The position numbers and the translations under genes were made by a program. The notes under the pieces are model-generated. The model did no database searches, was not told the DNA's origin, and saw only the letters and a list, made by a program, of their open reading frames with translations. Shown here one piece after another: positions 41,778-51,205 of a stretch of DNA of 64,000 nucleotides. Origin of the DNA: Gemmatimonadales bacterium (GTDB lineage Bacteria > Gemmatimonadota > Gemmatimonadetes > Gemmatimonadales > GWC2-71-9). Position 1 is the first letter of the stretch. Every line of letters begins with the position of its first letter. The stretch covers positions 1,696,001 through 1,760,000 of the forward strand of contig OZ252244.1 in the NCBI GenBank assembly GCA_965249575.1, in the 5' to 3' direction.

Positions 41778-43394
41778 TTAGACCTCTATCGTCTCCGGCC
41801 TCCCGATCACCGTCCCCATGTCCTTCGCCGCGCGCCAATCGATCTCGCTGACGCAGCGGTTACCGGACTCGAGCGCCCCATTCATGTAGGCGTGCCAGCG
41901 CGAGGTGTGCTCGCCGGCGAAATGCACCCGGCCCTCGGGCCTGATCAACTCCGGCATGTGGGTGCTCATCTGCCCGGTCTCGTAGACGCAGTACGCCCCA
42001 CGGTTCCATGGTTCCTTGTCCCAGTCCCAGATCAGGTGGCTCTCGACGTGTTTGCGGATGTTGGGGCTGAACAGGCTAATGCGGTCGAGCGTCAGCTCGC
42101 GCTGCTTCTGCTCGCTGAGCACGCCGATCTCCTGCGCGCCGGGAGCGCTGGTGTACGTCCTCAGGACGCCTCGGACCATCCTCTGATTTGAGGTGATGTT
42201 CCCGATGCTCCCCATCGGGAGGTCGGTCACCGCACTCCCGTTCCACCCCTCCTCCTCCCAGTACCGGTTACGGCACTGCAAAAACACCTTGTGATTCGAG
42301 CAGAACGGCACCTCTTTGATGGCCCGCGCCTTCTTCTCGGGGAACGCCGGGTTGGTCTCGACGAGTCGTAACATCGGCAACGGCAGCGCGCACACGACGT
42401 AATCGCACGGGATGGTCTGCGGCACGCCACCCTGCAGGTACACGACCCGCGCCTGATCGTCGTCCTGCTCGATCCGCGTCACCGGCGCCCCGTACCGAAT
42501 GATGCGCGCCATCCTACTGGCGAACGCCTTGGGGAACTGGTCGTTCCCCCCGATGATGCGGAACCGGTGGCCCGACCTCAGACCGACGGCCTCGTCGTTC
42601 AGGATGTACAGCGGGGACATCCGCTCCAACGAGTTGCCGTCGTAGTAGATGTCGAGGTGCAGACCCAAGTACTGGACGAACTGTTCCGGCGCCCCTCGGC
42701 TGCGCAGATACTCGCCCACGGGGACCTGGTCCAGGTCCTTCAGGTCTTCCATCTCTGGCAGGTCCGTGTCCCGGTACCGGTCCACATGTTCTCGGCCGAA
42801 CTGCCGCGCGACGCCATCGATGAAGAACAGTCCACCGTAGGAACCGACCTTCTTGAAAGCGGCGAGATCGTCGGCGGTGAAGCCATAAGGGAGTATGGAG
42901 GGGTCCGCCGCCACGGCAGAACCCCGATACGTTTGACCCTTCAGGTGATAGAGACTGGAGAGGCCCCTCGGTGCAAAGTTGCCTAGCCCCGGGAACAGCG
43001 GCTGGAGCGGCATGTCGAACTCGAGACAGTAGCGCACCGTGTATTGATGAGTCACGTAGAAGGTCATCGCGCCGGCCTCCACCTTCATGCCGTCGCTCAG
43101 GCCTTCCCTGAGCGTGCACACGCGCCCGCCCGGTCGGTTCCGGGCTTCGAGGAGGGTCACGTCGTGTCCTTTGTTGTGCAGCTCGAAGGCGGCACTCAGA
43201 CCGGCTAGGCCACCTCCGACCACGACGACCCTCCGCGGGTTCTGCGTCGGCGAGCGCCGAATCGGCTCGATGCCGTCGAAGTGGCGGGATTGGGCCAGCA
43301 GCCGTGAAACCGAACCCAGCCCGGCCACCCCCGCGATCGGCCCTGTCAACAGAGCGGTGAGAAACCCGCGTCGATTCCAGTAGTCGTAACCCAT
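41778..43394 (-). CDS. Tat-exported flavin monoamine/L-amino-acid oxidase family protein, paralog 1
   Basis: NRRGFL twin-Arg, GGGLAG, LEARNRPGGR, HFAGEHTS..MNGALESG. Start may be up to 43400. Confidence 0.88.
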   Translation of the reverse strand: MGYDYWNRRGFLTALLTGPIAGVAGLGSVSRLLAQSRHFDGIEPIRRSPTQNPRRVVVVGGGLAGLSAAFELHNKGHDVTLLEARNRPGGRVCTLREGLSDGMKVEAGAMTFYVTHQYTVRYCLEFDMPLQPLFPGLGNFAPRGLSSLYHLKGQTYRGSAVAADPSILPYGFTADDLAAFKKVGSYGGLFFIDGVARQFGREHVDRYRDTDLPEMEDLKDLDQVPVGEYLRSRGAPEQFVQYLGLHLDIYYDGNSLERMSPLYILNDEAVGLRSGHRFRIIGGNDQFPKAFASRMARIIRYGAPVTRIEQDDDQARVVYLQGGVPQTIPCDYVVCALPLPMLRLVETNPAFPEKKARAIKEVPFCSNHKVFLQCRNRYWEEEGWNGSAVTDLPMGSIGNITSNQRMVRGVLRTYTSAPGAQEIGVLSEQKQRELTLDRISLFSPNIRKHVESHLIWDWDKEPWNRGAYCVYETGQMSTHMPELIRPEGRVHFAGEHTSRWHAYMNGALESGNRCVSEIDWRAAKDMGTVIGRPETIEV

Positions 43395-43419
43395 CATCAT
43401 CTCTCCCAAGAGTGGAACT

Positions 43420-43519
43420 GTGACGAGTCCCCTCTACGCCTCTCCGCCGAGTGAGGAGCAGGGAGGCGTCCTTCCGCCAGCCCAACCGCGGGCGGTGGAG
43501 AGGCAGGGCCTCCTCACTT
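43420..43519. repeat. Dispersed AGTGAGG-heptamer repeat between tandem oxidase genes
   Basis: CCGAGTGAGGAG followed by GGCAGGGCCTCCTCACTT, the reverse complement of the 18-mer at 31429 and 41642. Confidence 0.7.
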
Positions 43520-43521
43520 CA

Positions 43522-45138
43522 TCAAACGTCAATTATCTCTCTCCGCCTGATCACCGACCCGATGTCCTTCGCGGCACGCCGTTCGATCTCCCTAACGCAC
43601 CGGTTGCCGGATTCGAGCGCGCCGTTCATGTAGGCATGCCAGCGGGACGTGTGCTCGCCTGCGAAGTGCACCCGGCCCTCGGGCCGGATCAACTCGGGCA
43701 TGTGGGTGCTCATCTGCCCGGTCTCGTAGACGACGTAGGCGCCGCGGTTCCAGAGCTCCTTGTCCCAATCCCAAATCAGGTGGTTCTCCACGTGCTTCCG
43801 GATGTTGGGGCTGAACCGGCTGATCTGATCCAGCACGACCTCCCGCTGCTTCTGACTGCTCAAGGAGCCGATCTCCTGGGCACCCGGCTTGCCAGCATAG
43901 GTGCGTAGCACCCCTCGAACCGTCCGCTGGTTCGAGGTGTTGTGACCCAAGCTGCCCATGGGAAGGTCGGTCGACGCGCTCCCGCTCCACCCCTCTTCCT
44001 CCCAATACCGCTTGCGACACTGGAGAAACACCTTGTGATTCGAGCAGAAGGGCACCTCCCTGATGGCCCGCGCCTTCTTCTCGGGAAACGCCGGGCTCGT
44101 CTCGACGAGCCGCAACATCGGGAGCGGTAGCGCACAGACGACGTAGTCGCACGAGAGGGTCTCGGGAACACCCCCCTGCTGATAGACGACGCGCGCCGCG
44201 GAGCCATCCTGTTCGATCCGCGTCACTGGCGACCCGTATCGAATGATGCCGGACATTCGCTCCGCAAATGCCTTCGGGAACTGGTCGTTGCCCCCGATGA
44301 TCCGAAAGCGGTGACCGGACCGAAGCCCGACTGCCTCGTCGTTGATGATGTAGAGAGGGGAGATCCTCTCGAGAGCGTTCCCGTCGTACAGGCCGTCGAG
44401 GGACCTGCCGAAGAAGTCCACGAACCTTTCCGGCGCCCCCCTGCTCCGGAGATACTCGCCCACGGGGACCTGGTCCAGGTCCTTCAAGTCCTCCATCTCG
44501 GCCAGGTCGGTGTCCCGATAGCGATCGACGTGATCCCTGCCGAACTTTCCGGCAGTACGATCGATGAAGGACAGCCCACCAACGGAGCCGAGCTCCTTGA
44601 AGACGGCGAGATCCTCGGCGGTGAACCCGTAGGGCAGAATCGAAGGATCGGCCCGCACGGCGGAGCCCTGATAGGATTGCCCCTTCAAATAGTAGATGCT
44701 GGAGAGGCCCCTCGGGCCGAAGTCCCCGAGCCCCGGGAACAACGGTTGGAGCGGAAGATCGAACTCGAGGCAGTACCGCACCGAGTACTGGTGAGTAGCG
44801 TAGAACACCATCGCGCCCGCCTCGGCCTTCATGCCGTCGCTCAACCCCTCCCGGAGCGTACACACTCGCCCCCCAGGTCGATTCCGCGCTTCCAGCACGG
44901 TGACGTCGTGCCCGCGATTACGCAGCTCGTAGGCGGCGCTCAAACCCGCGAGGCCCCCACCGACTACGATCACTCTCCGCGCGTTCTGGGTGCGACTACG
45001 ACGGATCGGCCCAGCGTCGTCGAAGTGGCGGGACTGGGCCAACAACCGTGAAACCGATGCCAGTCCCGTTGCCCCTGCGATAGGCCCCGTCAGCAGCGCG
45101 GTCAGAAACCCGCGCCGATTCCAGTAGTCATTCCACAT
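43522..45138 (-). CDS. Tat-exported flavin monoamine/L-amino-acid oxidase family protein, paralog 2
   Basis: Same motifs as paralog 1, with long identical peptide blocks. Confidence 0.88.
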   Translation of the reverse strand: MWNDYWNRRGFLTALLTGPIAGATGLASVSRLLAQSRHFDDAGPIRRSRTQNARRVIVVGGGLAGLSAAYELRNRGHDVTVLEARNRPGGRVCTLREGLSDGMKAEAGAMVFYATHQYSVRYCLEFDLPLQPLFPGLGDFGPRGLSSIYYLKGQSYQGSAVRADPSILPYGFTAEDLAVFKELGSVGGLSFIDRTAGKFGRDHVDRYRDTDLAEMEDLKDLDQVPVGEYLRSRGAPERFVDFFGRSLDGLYDGNALERISPLYIINDEAVGLRSGHRFRIIGGNDQFPKAFAERMSGIIRYGSPVTRIEQDGSAARVVYQQGGVPETLSCDYVVCALPLPMLRLVETSPAFPEKKARAIREVPFCSNHKVFLQCRKRYWEEEGWSGSASTDLPMGSLGHNTSNQRTVRGVLRTYAGKPGAQEIGSLSSQKQREVVLDQISRFSPNIRKHVENHLIWDWDKELWNRGAYVVYETGQMSTHMPELIRPEGRVHFAGEHTSRWHAYMNGALESGNRCVREIERRAAKDIGSVIRRREIIDV

Positions 45139-45185
45139 CGGTCATCTCTCCGAGAGGTGTGTATGCGGCGATCGCCGTCCTTGCC

Positions 45186-45683
45186 TCAGCTTCCGGGCTC
45201 GGGCGGCCGCGCCGAGGTGTGATCGTGCACCATCTGCCAACGGTCATCGCGCCAGTGGAATACGTACGTCGCGCGATATGTTCGCTCGTAGGCTCGCCCG
45301 CCGCGGGTTCCGTCGTGGTCGTACAGGAACGAGACGATTCCCACGTCATCGTACACCTGGATGTGCCAGTCGCGCTCTTCCCACCGGGTCGTGTTGCGGT
45401 TGGCCACACCGCCGCGGAGGCTCTCCATCATGGGAGCCTTGCCGATGCGAAGTTCGCGCGCACTGGGCCCGAACGTCGCGACATCCTCGGCGATGTGCGG
45501 CTCGATGGGGTCGATCACCTTGTTGGCGAAGTTCTCATTGATCGTGACCTCCGAGACTTCCCGAAGTTCCGCCTGGGCTCGCTCGATATCCTGCTCCCTG
45601 GTCGCAGCCTGTTGAGCGGCACAGGAAGCGAGGCCAACGGCGAGCAAGATGCAGACTACCAAGTCAGCGGCATGCGGTCTCAT
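45186..45683 (-). CDS. NTF2-like / DUF4440 lipoprotein
   Basis: RBS AAGGAG, lipobox LASC, RATYVF..WQMVHDHTS. Confidence 0.82.
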   Translation of the reverse strand: MRPHAADLVVCILLAVGLASCAAQQAATREQDIERAQAELREVSEVTINENFANKVIDPIEPHIAEDVATFGPSARELRIGKAPMMESLRGGVANRNTTRWEERDWHIQVYDDVGIVSFLYDHDGTRGGRAYERTYRATYVFHWRDDRWQMVHDHTSARPPEPGS

Positions 45684-45733
45684 TGGTTGCTCCTTCGCGA
45701 GTCGATCGCCTCGCAGTGCGGATCATGGCCGGT

Positions 45734-46795
45734 TCACATTCTCAGCTCGGTGGAGAGGTTCCATTTGCGCGCGGCGTTGAGCCCGAGGATTCCGGCGATG
45801 TCCCCGTCGGTGAGGCGCTCGTAATGCATCCGATCGGCCCACAGATTGATGTTGAGAATCTGGCCGACGTTCATTCCGGGGTCGCAGATGCTGTGCTCGC
45901 TGCCGAAAAGCACCTTGTCGATTCCCCCGACATCCCGGGCGAGGCCGAGCATGGCGATCAGTTGTTGTGGTGGATATGTACACCACGAGGAGAAGTCGAG
46001 CGAGAAGTTGTTGTGCTTTGCGGCGACCAGCACCGCCTCTCTCCACAGGTGTGGACCACCAGCGTGCGCGAGCAGCACCTTCAGCTCCGGATAGCGCCTA
46101 CCCACCTTGTCAATCGCCGCGAGCTGAATGTTGGCCCACTTGATCGGCATGGACGGAAGCGGCGCCCATCCGGTGTGGTAGATGATCTGGATGTCGTGCT
46201 CGATGGCACTCTCGTACAGCGACCACACCCTCTCGTCGTAAGGCTCGTACCGGTCGTACGGGGATGAGAGCTTGATTGCCCTGAACCCCAGCCCAGCGAT
46301 GTGCTTGACGAACGCCGGCGACCGCCAGGGCTGTTCGATGGGATCGTAGCGAGAAACCGCGACCAGCCGGCCGGGATACTTGGCTACCTGCTCGGCCCCG
46401 AACTCGTCGGGGGTTGGCGCTCCCGGGCGCCTGCGCCTTCCGCCGCCCACCATAACGAAGGAGACATCTACACCTCCTTCGTCCATTCGCTGGATGATCT
46501 GCTCCGGCAGATAGGAGTACTTCTTCGGATTGATGTGCCGGTTGCCGTCGCCGTCATACTGCGCCTTGAACGACTTGAAGAGTAGATCGGTGCGCGCGCT
46601 CGCTCCCGGATCCTGTCTCCTGGGGGGCGCGCTCATGTGTACGTGTACGTCGATCACGAGTGGCCGCCCCTGACGGCCGGCCGCGACCGCCGGCGCGCCG
46701 CCGGTGCCGCACGCGCTACTCGCGCCGAGTCCGGGCACCGGTGTCGCATTTTCCCACGGGCTCTTCGTCGTGTACATGCGGTTGTCGTCGGTCAT
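45734..46795 (-). CDS. Amidohydrolase_2 family protein (no export signal seen)
   Basis: IDVHVH, YHTGW, LAHAGG, FGSEHSICDP, LGLNAAR. Confidence 0.85.
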   Translation of the reverse strand: MTDDNRMYTTKSPWENATPVPGLGASSACGTGGAPAVAAGRQGRPLVIDVHVHMSAPPRRQDPGASARTDLLFKSFKAQYDGDGNRHINPKKYSYLPEQIIQRMDEGGVDVSFVMVGGGRRRRPGAPTPDEFGAEQVAKYPGRLVAVSRYDPIEQPWRSPAFVKHIAGLGFRAIKLSSPYDRYEPYDERVWSLYESAIEHDIQIIYHTGWAPLPSMPIKWANIQLAAIDKVGRRYPELKVLLAHAGGPHLWREAVLVAAKHNNFSLDFSSWCTYPPQQLIAMLGLARDVGGIDKVLFGSEHSICDPGMNVGQILNINLWADRMHYERLTDGDIAGILGLNAARKWNLSTELRM

Positions 46796-46841
46796 TGCGC
46801 ACCTCTCGCCAAGTGGCTCGACTGCCTCGACCGGGTACCCA

Positions 46842-47915
46842 TCACATCCTCAACGCTGTTGAGAGATTCCACTTGGCCGCCGCGTTGAGTCCCAGGATCC
46901 TGCGGATCTCCTCGTCTGTGAAGGGCGCGTAGTAGAACCGCTCCGCCCAGAGATTCAGGTTGCGTATCTGCGCCACCATCATCGCGGGATCACAAACGCT
47001 GTGCTCGCTCCCGAACATCACCTTCTCGATGCCCCCGACGTCACGCGCGAGGCCGATCATGGCAATCAGCTGCTGCGGCGGGTAGGCACCCCACGAGGAG
47101 AAGTCGAGCGAGAAGTTGTCGTGCTTGGCGGTCACCAGGACCGCCTCCTGCCACTGGTGCGGACCGCCGGCGTGGGCCAGATGCACCTTGAGGTCCGGGA
47201 AGCGGGCACCCAGCTCGTCTACTCCCTCGAGCTCAATGTTGGCCCAGTAGATCGGCGCCGCGGCCACCGGCGGCCACCCGGTGTGGAACGTCACCGAGAT
47301 GTCGCGCTCGCTGGCCCGCTTGTAGAACGGCCAGATCTTGTCGTTGTAAGGATTGTATTGCTCGTAAGGGGCCAACAGCTTTACCGCCTTGAAGCCCATG
47401 TCGGCAACCATGTCGACGAAGTCCCTATGCCGGTACGGCTCGTATAGCGGATCGTACGTCGGCATGCCGACCAGGCGGCCCGGATACTTCTCGATCTGCT
47501 GGGCGATGAAGTCGTAGCTGTCGGCTCGGCCCGGCCCCCGCCGCCTGCTTCCACCCATCATCACGAACGACACGTCGACGGCCGCGTCATTCATCCTCTC
47601 GATGATTTCCTCGGGGAGATACGTGTACCGCTTCGGGTTCACGTGACGCTTGCCGTCACCGTCGTACTGTGCCTTGAATGGCTTGAACAGCACGTCGCGA
47701 TAGGCAGTCTCCACCGGGGGCTGGCTCATGTGCACGTGGAGGTCGATCACGAGCGGCCTGCCCTGCTCGCTCAACGGTTTCCTTTGAGCGCCGCCAGCGG
47801 CGGCGGCGGCGCCCTTCGGTTGGGCAGAGGCAACTCCGGTGCCGAGCAGTGAGGCGCCCCCGGCAAGCATCAACGAGCTGCCCATGAATTCACGGCGGTC
47901 CATTCTGTCTTTCAT
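46842..47915 (-). CDS. Tat-exported amidohydrolase_2 family protein
   Basis: DRREFM twin-Arg, IDLHVH, FHTGW, LAHAGG, FGSEHSVCDP. Confidence 0.85.
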   Translation of the reverse strand: MKDRMDRREFMGSSLMLAGGASLLGTGVASAQPKGAAAAAGGAQRKPLSEQGRPLVIDLHVHMSQPPVETAYRDVLFKPFKAQYDGDGKRHVNPKRYTYLPEEIIERMNDAAVDVSFVMMGGSRRRGPGRADSYDFIAQQIEKYPGRLVGMPTYDPLYEPYRHRDFVDMVADMGFKAVKLLAPYEQYNPYNDKIWPFYKRASERDISVTFHTGWPPVAAAPIYWANIELEGVDELGARFPDLKVHLAHAGGPHQWQEAVLVTAKHDNFSLDFSSWGAYPPQQLIAMIGLARDVGGIEKVMFGSEHSVCDPAMMVAQIRNLNLWAERFYYAPFTDEEIRRILGLNAAAKWNLSTALRM

Positions 47916-47985
47916 CCGTCCCTCCCCGAGCGTGCTGCGTCAGAGCGTGAGTGCGGAGAACGAAGCGTCATAGACTAGCTGGATC

Positions 47986-48555
47986 TCAAGCCCCTGGTTC
48001 GGGCGGCAGGGCCGAGGTGTGATCGTGCACCAACTGCCATCGGCCGTCCCGCCGATTGAAGACGTACGTCGCGCGCTGGGTCCGCGCGTAGTCCTGTCCG
48101 GCTCTGCTGCCCTCGTGGTCGTAGAGAAACGACACGATCCCGATGTCGCCATAGACCTGGATGTGCCAGTCCCACTCCTCCCACTTGGTTGTCGTCTTCG
48201 CGGCGGCGCCGGCCCGAAGACCCTCGATCATGGGTGCCTTGCCCACGCGCAGCTCCCGACCGGTGGGCCCGAACACCGACACCTCTTCCCCGATGTACGG
48301 CTCGAACGGATCGACCCGGTTCTCGGCAAAGTTCTGGTTGATGGTGATCTCCGAAATCTCGCGCAGCTCCGCCTGAGCCTCTTCCGTGCTCTGCTGCTCC
48401 TGTTGAGCGGCGCATGCCGTGAGACCCGCGAGGGCGCCAGCGACCAAAACCCAGTAGTGAGGAGGCCCCACCGCACCACGGCCCCGCCGAGTGAGGAGGG
48501 CGGAGGCTGCTCGCGATGGAAGTCCAGACACGTTCAACCAACTATGCCGTCTCAT
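47986..48555 (-). CDS. NTF2-like / DUF4440 lipoprotein, paralog of 45186, with repeat in its N-region
   Basis: RBS AGGAG, lipobox LTAC, mature part clearly paralogous to 45186..45683. Confidence 0.78.
   Translation of the reverse strand: MRRHSWLNVSGLPSRAASALLTRRGRGAVGPPHYWVLVAGALAGLTACAAQQEQQSTEEAQAELREISEITINQNFAENRVDPFEPYIGEEVSVFGPTGRELRVGKAPMIEGLRAGAAAKTTTKWEEWDWHIQVYGDIGIVSFLYDHEGSRAGQDYARTQRATYVFNRRDGRWQLVHDHTSALPPEPGA
48453..48507. repeat. Repeat copy inside the NTF2 lipoprotein N-terminal coding region
   Basis: AGTGAGGAGGCCCC..CCCCGCCGAGTGAGGAGG aligns with the copies at 31391 and 49610. Confidence 0.7.
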
Positions 48556-48566
48556 CGATCGCTCCT

Positions 48567-49595
48567 CTAGTTCACGAAGATGTTTTTCGGCAGCATGGCA
48601 TGGATCCCGAGCGTGCCGTCCACGAGCTGCGAGATCCTGGTGTCGGTCGTCATGCTGATCAACATGTACGCGTCGTCCCGGTTCAGTCCCTTCTCGGTCA
48701 CCAGGTAGTCGATCATCTCGCGCAGGGCCAGCTTGATCGCGATGTTCAGATCCCGATCGAGGCCCATCGTCATGTAGTGGGTCGGCGTCTCCGCGCGCGG
48801 CCAGCGGAGCTTCATGTCTTTCCGCACGATGATCTCGAACCTGCCGGTCAGCGCCGATTCTACGGCGGTCCCCGCGATCTCTCCATCACCTTGCGCGGAG
48901 TGTCCGTCGCCAAAAGAGAACAACGCGCCAGGAACGTGCACTGGCATGTAGAGCGTGGTACCGGCGACCAGCTCCTTGTTGTCGAGGTTCCCGGTGTGCA
49001 CTCCCGGAGGTCCGCTGCTCACCCGGCCGCTCCTGGGCGGGGGCGCGACGCCCATGCTGCCGAAAAACGGCGCCAGGGGAATGTGGATCTCGTCCGAGAA
49101 GATCGCCTTGTTGTTGGCCAGGTCGAGCGGAATCACCTTGGTCCGGGCGTACGGGAAGTCCTCCGGAAGGGTACCGCCACCGGGGCTAAAGACGTTGACC
49201 GCGAAGTCTCCCGCGGGCTGCACGTCGAGGATCCGGACTTCGAGCACGTCACCGGGCTCCGCGCCGTTCACGTAGATCGGACCCACCAGCAGATGGGGAC
49301 CGGGTCCCCGGAGCTCCACGGCATCCATGGCGTGCATCTCAGGCGTGAGCCACTTGTCCTGCACGCCGAGGCGCGAGAGAAAGCCCGCACTGTGCAGCAT
49401 CGTCTCCACGTCTACCGTCTCGCCGGAGTTGATCGTCAGGACGGGCGGCGCGTCGGCCCAGTAGTAGCCCCACTCCACTGTCTCGGGTGTCGCCTTGAGC
49501 TGGTGGTCCGCAGCTTGGGCATGGAGCGCGGCCGGAGAGAGGACTACGGAAACACTGACGAGAAGAGTCCAAGCGATGCGCACGTTCGAAATCAT
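48567..49595 (-). CDS. Acetamidase/formamidase family protein with Sec signal
   Basis: Signal (..ALHA|QA), HLLVGPIYVNGAEPGD, TGNLDNKEL, GDGHSAQGDGEIAGTAVE. Confidence 0.9.
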   Translation of the reverse strand: MISNVRIAWTLLVSVSVVLSPAALHAQAADHQLKATPETVEWGYYWADAPPVLTINSGETVDVETMLHSAGFLSRLGVQDKWLTPEMHAMDAVELRGPGPHLLVGPIYVNGAEPGDVLEVRILDVQPAGDFAVNVFSPGGGTLPEDFPYARTKVIPLDLANNKAIFSDEIHIPLAPFFGSMGVAPPPRSGRVSSGPPGVHTGNLDNKELVAGTTLYMPVHVPGALFSFGDGHSAQGDGEIAGTAVESALTGRFEIIVRKDMKLRWPRAETPTHYMTMGLDRDLNIAIKLALREMIDYLVTEKGLNRDDAYMLISMTTDTRISQLVDGTLGIHAMLPKNIFVN

Positions 49596-49608
49596 GTGAG
49601 TCTCCTAG

Positions 49609-49885
49609 GGTGAGGAGTCCCGGCCACCCACCGGCCCCACCGAGTGAGGAGTGAGGAGGGTCGATCTTCGCGCGTGTAGTTTGGTAGCGAGCGGGGGGAA
49701 CGTACGGGCGGGGAGGGGAGGCAGCAACCCTTCCCCAACCCCCACCCGCGAGGAGTCCCTCCACTCCTCCCCTCCCTAGCAAGGAGTAAGGAAGCTCCCA
49801 TGCCATTCCCGGAATAGCGAGGCGGCGGCGCCTCCTTACTGCTCACTCCTCACTCGGGGCGGCGAGTGGGGTGGCGACTTCCTCC
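49609..49885. repeat. Cluster of AGTGAGG-heptamer repeats in divergent intergenic region
   Basis: GTGAGGAGTCCCGGCC..CCGGCCCCACCGAGTGAGGAGTGAGGAGG and inverted CCTCCTTACTGCTCACTCCTCACTC. Confidence 0.72.
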
Positions 49886-49967
49886 GGCTTGCCTTTCCCA
49901 TCACCGGCCTGCAGAATCACTCGCCCGACACCGTCCCTCCACCCTTCCGGAGAAGTCGATCGTGAAA

Positions 49968-51068
49968 ATGCCAAGGACGCGCCGCTTATCACCTGAGCGG
50001 CCGAGCCTCGAGCCGAGTCGCCGAGAGTTCGTTCATGCCGCTCTGTTGGGGGCTGGTATGGCCATGGGGTTTCCGGCCAACGGTTGGGCTCGCCGACTGA
50101 GTAGCCAGGCGAAGCCGTTCGTGATGGACGTGCACGTACACCTCGTGACACCGATGCCCGACCCGAACATGATGACGTACCTGCGCGAGATGGTCGCCGA
50201 GATCTACGCGCCGTGGGATCACGTGTACGACGGCGACGGCAATCGGGTGCGGCGCATCCCCATCAGCACGCCGAACGCGACCGAGCTGATCGGCATGATG
50301 GACCGCTGGGGCGTGGACGTGTCGGTCATCATGCCGTTCGACATCCGGCGGGTGGCGGCGAAGCGCCAGAAGGCCCGGCAGGTCTATGCAAGCACGAACG
50401 ATCAGGTCGCCGAAGCCGTGCGGCAGTACCCCGACCGTCTGATCGGCATCGCCGGGCACGACCCGCTGCGGGACGAGTGGAAGGCGGACATCGAGCTCGA
50501 GCGCGCGGTGAAGGAGCTGGGGTTGAGCAGCATGAAGCTGTATCCGATCTACCATCACTACGACCCGTACGACGAGCGGCTGTTCCCGCTGTACGAAAAG
50601 GCGGTGGAGCTGGACGTGCCGCTCACGTTTCACACCGGGTGGACGCCGCTTCGATCGGCCCCCCTCCGGTTCGCCAACCCGGAGTCGATCGATCGCGTAG
50701 GCGACCGGTACCCGGAGCTTCGGGCGAACCTCGCGCACGCCGGCGGCCCGAGCTACTGGCGCGAGGCGATCACGGTGGTGGCGCGGCGCCCGAACTTCGT
50801 GCTCGATATCTCGTCCTGGTGCGGGTACCCGCCGCGGATGCTGGTTGAGCTACTCGACCTGGCGCGCCAACTGGTGGGGATCGACCGCATCTTGTTCGGC
50901 ACCGAGCACACGCTGTGCGATCCCGGCCACATGATCCGTGAGGTGCAGAACATCAACACGTTCGCGGAGCGGTACGGACCCGAGTCGTTCACGACGGCGG
51001 ACATCGAGAAGATCTTGGGGTTGAACGCCGCGCGGTTTTACCGGTGGCCGTTGGAGGGGCGCGGTTAG
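49968..51068 (+). CDS. Tat-exported amidohydrolase_2 family protein
   Basis: SRREFV twin-Arg, MDVHVH, YDGDG, FHTGW, LAHAGG, FGTEHTLCDP. Confidence 0.85.
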   Translation: MPRTRRLSPERPSLEPSRREFVHAALLGAGMAMGFPANGWARRLSSQAKPFVMDVHVHLVTPMPDPNMMTYLREMVAEIYAPWDHVYDGDGNRVRRIPISTPNATELIGMMDRWGVDVSVIMPFDIRRVAAKRQKARQVYASTNDQVAEAVRQYPDRLIGIAGHDPLRDEWKADIELERAVKELGLSSMKLYPIYHHYDPYDERLFPLYEKAVELDVPLTFHTGWTPLRSAPLRFANPESIDRVGDRYPELRANLAHAGGPSYWREAITVVARRPNFVLDISSWCGYPPRMLVELLDLARQLVGIDRILFGTEHTLCDPGHMIREVQNINTFAERYGPESFTTADIEKILGLNAARFYRWPLEGRG

Positions 51069-51205
51069 CGAGTGTTGAGCGGTAGCGCGGGGCGACGCGC
51101 CCTGCGGAAGTACCAGCCTCGCGCAGCAGCGGCACTGTCGAGTGACCCGCCACCATGGGACGATTGGGCCACCGTCCAATTACAAGCGGCCCTGGAGCAA
51201 CTGAC

